Source of the DNA: an uncultured delta proteobacterium
Lineage (GTDB): Bacteria > Desulfobacterota > Binatia > Binatales > Binataceae
Reading direction: 5' to 3'
Assembly: GCA_963765675.1 (NCBI GenBank)
Contig: CAVXXK010000004.1
Location: 128,001-192,000, forward strand
Length of the DNA stretch: 64,000 nucleotides
Part shown: positions 60,880 to 64,000 of the stretch, piece after piece
Position numbering within the stretch: position 1 is the stretch's first letter
Layout of the letters: each line of letters starts with the position of its first letter
Notes under the pieces: model-generated
The model's input: only the letters and a program-made list of their open reading frames with translations
Database searches by the model: none
What the model was told of the DNA's origin: nothing
Translations under genes and position numbers: made by a program

Positions 60880-61719
60880 ATGGCAGCCGACAAACTGACC
60901 GAGTACACGATCACCGAGGTCGTCCGCAGCCGTATCGCGGACGTTCCCAATCCCCGCCTCAAGCAGGTGATGCAATCGCTCATCGATCATCTCCATCAAT
61001 TTGCGCGCGACGTGCAGCTCACCCCCGAGGAATGGAATGCGGGAATCAAGTTTCTCACGGCGGCTGGCCATATCACTGACGACAAGCGCCAGGAATTCAT
61101 TCTGCTTTCGGACACGCTCGGGCTAAGTGCATTGGTTGATCTGATGCATCATCAGGGCGAATCGAATCGCACGACGGAATCGAGCTTGCTCGGACCGTTC
61201 TATCGCAACGGAGCGCCCGAGCTTGCGCTGGGTTCGGATATCTCGAACGGCACCGCGGGGGAACCGCTGACAATCCGGGGACGGGTTCTTTCGAGCGAAG
61301 GCACAACGATTCCGGGCGCCGTGCTCGACGTGTGGCAAGCGGCACCAAACGGTCTTTATGACGTCCAGGATGCAGGACAGCCGGAAATCAATCTGCGCGC
61401 GCGCTTTCGCACCGACACTCAGGGCCGCTTCGAGTTTCGCACGATCAAGCCCGCAAGCTATCCGGTGCCCCACGACGGTCCCGTAGGTCGAATGCTCCGC
61501 TCGCTCGGGCGGCATCCGTTTCGGCCTGCGCACATACATTTCATAGTATCTGCGCCCGGGTTTGAGACCCTTACCACCGCGCTATATATCGCCGGCGATA
61601 AGTATCTGGACTCGGATGCGGTGTTTGGATCGCGGCCGTCGCTGGTCGTTGACTATCATCACGCGGACGGCCGCCGTCCCGATTCGATCGAGTTCGATTT
61701 CGTGCTGCCAGAATCGTGA
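60880..61719 (+). CDS. Intradiol dioxygenase (hydroxyquinol 1,2-dioxygenase-like)
   Basis: RQEFILLSDTLG, LGPFY, GLYD, YPVP, RPAHIHF. Confidence 0.92.
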   Translation: MAADKLTEYTITEVVRSRIADVPNPRLKQVMQSLIDHLHQFARDVQLTPEEWNAGIKFLTAAGHITDDKRQEFILLSDTLGLSALVDLMHHQGESNRTTESSLLGPFYRNGAPELALGSDISNGTAGEPLTIRGRVLSSEGTTIPGAVLDVWQAAPNGLYDVQDAGQPEINLRARFRTDTQGRFEFRTIKPASYPVPHDGPVGRMLRSLGRHPFRPAHIHFIVSAPGFETLTTALYIAGDKYLDSDAVFGSRPSLVVDYHHADGRRPDSIEFDFVLPES

Positions 61720-61743
61720 GCGCCGGATCAGCGGGCGCGCGTA

Positions 61744-62716
61744 TCAGAATTTCACCGGACGGAGCGGAAGTTTCCCGCTCGCGATTTTCTCCGGGATATC
61801 GGGCGATGCGTTCTCCCACACCAGCAGCATCGAGCGCTTGGGCGAGTACCCGCGATGGCGAATATCGGCGGGCATCGCGGCAACGTCGCCCGGCTTCATC
61901 ACGACCTTGGCGCGCGGCGCGCCGGTTGCACCATCTTCGACCTCCCAGTGGATCTCGTCGCTGAACTGGACGAACCATTCCACCCGATCGTTGCCGTGGA
62001 TTATCGGCAGCACATACTCCTCGGTCGTCGGACACATCAGGCTATGCTTGCAAACCGAAACGACGCTCGGATTCCAGGTCACGTCCGAACGCGAAAGATA
62101 CGCCGCGAGGTTGAACGCGCGAACCTCGTTCTCGAATCCGGGCTCCGCGCTGATTTCCGGTTCGTCCTGCGCGACGTCGGCGAATTGGCGATTCACGGTG
62201 AATCCATTCTGGTCACTGCGCAGTTGTTCGTCGTCCGGAACATTGACCATCCGCTTGGCGGTGACGCGATGGCGGCCGATCGCCGCGCGATTGTTTCCAT
62301 GCTTCGGGTCCGAACGCACTTCCGGTTTCGGTCGGGCTTGCGAATGGATCGAAGCCTTCGTTGGTCCAGTCATCGAGCATCGCGGCAAACAGCGCTTTGA
62401 TTTTTTCGCTATCGAATGTCTCCGCAAAATCAGTTTTCGCTTCACGGTAGGCAGCATTGAACCGCCCCGCGGAAAGATCGACGGTGCCGTAGTGATTCTG
62501 TGTCGCGATGACGGCATCAAAATTCACGGTGCCGTAGAAAAATCCCCACGCCACATCGCGCTGCAACGCGCGCAGGAACGCGTCGGCGGCCATCAGGTGG
62601 CGACCCTTGGGCCATTCGATGTGCACGAAGTACTCATCGCGCGAGAATTTGAAGCTCCCGAGAGAGAAGCTGCGGTAGCCCTGCGCGTTAGCCGAATCGT
62701 TTTGTGAGTTTGCCAT
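61744..62716 (-). CDS. Hydroquinone 1,2-dioxygenase large subunit (HapD-like), frameshifted at ~62308
   Basis: FLRALQRDVAWGFFYG, DPFASP.ETG, HGNDRVEWF, PADIRH. Confidence 0.88.
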
Positions 62717-62730
62717 GATGTTTTCTCTGG

Positions 62731-63234
62731 TCACTTGCGCGCCTGGCAGATCTCGGCCCATCGCTCGATCGTATCCACGCCCTTCATTGTCTGCATCAGG
62801 ATTACCGCGGGGCGTTCAGCGTGAAATTGGTAAGCGGCGCCCGCGGGCAAGAGAGCCATATGGCCGCGGCGGGTCTTGATCGTTCCCATCCTGCGGCCGG
62901 CCGGCGGTCCTTCCAGCGCGATCGAGCCCTGCTGGCCATCCGGCACCAGCGAATTGTCGTCAGGCTTGAGGAGTCGCACTTCGACTTCGCCGTCCATCGT
63001 CAGCGCGAACTCGTCGTGCGCCGCGATGCGCCATTCCGAGGTGCCTTCGGCGCGAATCGCCTCGAGCACGTACTCGACGTTCTGCCCGACCGCGACCTTC
63101 TCGTACGGACGCGACTTCGACGCCACCTCGAATACGTTCGAGAAGGCGTAGTTGCGAGGGTCGTCGTTGATGACCTCGACGCCGCCCTTTTCAAAATTGC
63201 CGAGCGAGGCGAAACGGGTTTCGTATTTGCCCAC
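62731..63234 (-). CDS. Hydroquinone 1,2-dioxygenase small subunit (HapC-like)
   Basis: NYAFSNVFEVA, PYEKVAVG.N.EYV, HDEF, GHMALLP. Confidence 0.88.
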   Translation of the reverse strand: MGKYETRFASLGNFEKGGVEVINDDPRNYAFSNVFEVASKSRPYEKVAVGQNVEYVLEAIRAEGTSEWRIAAHDEFALTMDGEVEVRLLKPDDNSLVPDGQQGSIALEGPPAGRRMGTIKTRRGHMALLPAGAAYQFHAERPAVILMQTMKGVDTIERWAEICQARK

Positions 63235-63249
63235 GGCGATGCTCCTGGA

Positions 63250-64000
63250 TCAATGATGTCCCGCGGCGCGGACCATCGTGGGCAGTCCGGCGGGAAATTC
63301 TATCCTCGGCTTACGCTTCATTGCTTTTTCGGAGAGCCGCGCGACCAGGGCCGCTTTCTCGCGCTTGCGCCGCGCGTCACGCTCTTTTATCTCGGGTAGC
63401 ACTTCGCGGCCGAACAACTCGATCGAGGAACTCAGCAATTCGTGCGGAATCCTGCCCGCCTGCGACAGGAACAGCACCTGGTCGACGCCGGAATCCTCGA
63501 AGCCTTGCAGCGCAGCGCGGATCTGATCGGGCGTGCCGACGCAGTTCTGCGCCTGCGATCCCGAAGCGAGCGGATCATCGATCACCGGCTTCACCGTCTG
63601 ATTCTTATAGCTCTGCCACAGGTTAGTCTTGCCCGGCTCGTGCTGTCCGAAAAACGCGTAGTGGCCGAGTCCATACATGAAAAAGCCGTGGTTCTCTTTA
63701 GCCATGCCGCGCACGAGGGTTTCATCGCGATCGCACAGGAATGGACACGCCATCGCGATGTTTGGATTGATCGCGTAACCGACGGGCTCGCATTCGTTCT
63801 CGATCGTCGCGTAATAGTCGTGCACCCATTGGCGCGATTCCTCCGGCGACACGAACGCGAAAGTCAACGCGCCGAGCCCGAGCCGCGCGGCAAGCAGGAT
63901 CGTCTCGCGCCGCGAGCACGCGAGCCACAAAGGGGGATGCGGTTTCTGCAGCGGCTTCGGCACTACATTGCGGACGGGGGCATTGACGAATTTTCCCTCG
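63250..64000 (-). CDS. LLM-class flavin-dependent oxidoreductase (5' end outside window)
   Basis: PKPLQKPHPPLW, VGTPDQI, SIELFGREVLP. Confidence 0.88.
   Translation of the reverse strand, partial: EGKFVNAPVRNVVPKPLQKPHPPLWLACSRRETILLAARLGLGALTFAFVSPEESRQWVHDYYATIENECEPVGYAINPNIAMACPFLCDRDETLVRGMAKENHGFFMYGLGHYAFFGQHEPGKTNLWQSYKNQTVKPVIDDPLASGSQAQNCVGTPDQIRAALQGFEDSGVDQVLFLSQAGRIPHELLSSSIELFGREVLPEIKERDARRKREKAALVARLSEKAMKRKPRIEFPAGLPTMVRAAGHH

Overview
High-GC (visually ~65%) bacterial chromosome. The gene style (F420/LLM enzymes, NHL protein with an ASH-type C-terminus) is suggestive of Binatota, but this is inference only. 1-20.5 kb holds a Mu-like virion module on the minus strand: CI-like repressor, Mor/C activator, lysis cassette, gp25-28, portal, protease/scaffold, capsid, gp36/37 and a contractile sheath running off the left edge. 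It has no transposase or early region next to the repressor and is split by five host-type genes and a host repeat. It also carries an apparently uncleavable repressor, an N-terminally truncated small terminase and two matching late-promoter motifs. Together these make it a candidate domesticated Mu-derived gene transfer agent or particle. The rest of the window contains a sugar ABC transporter with TreT/GH15 trehalose genes, a sigma54 two-component system with four local sigma54 promoters, a STAND-cyclase, tal-pgi, tRNA-Ser and an aromatic catabolism cluster with three classes of ring-cleavage dioxygenase. Several single-base frameshifts in both phage and host genes look like sequencing or assembly errors.
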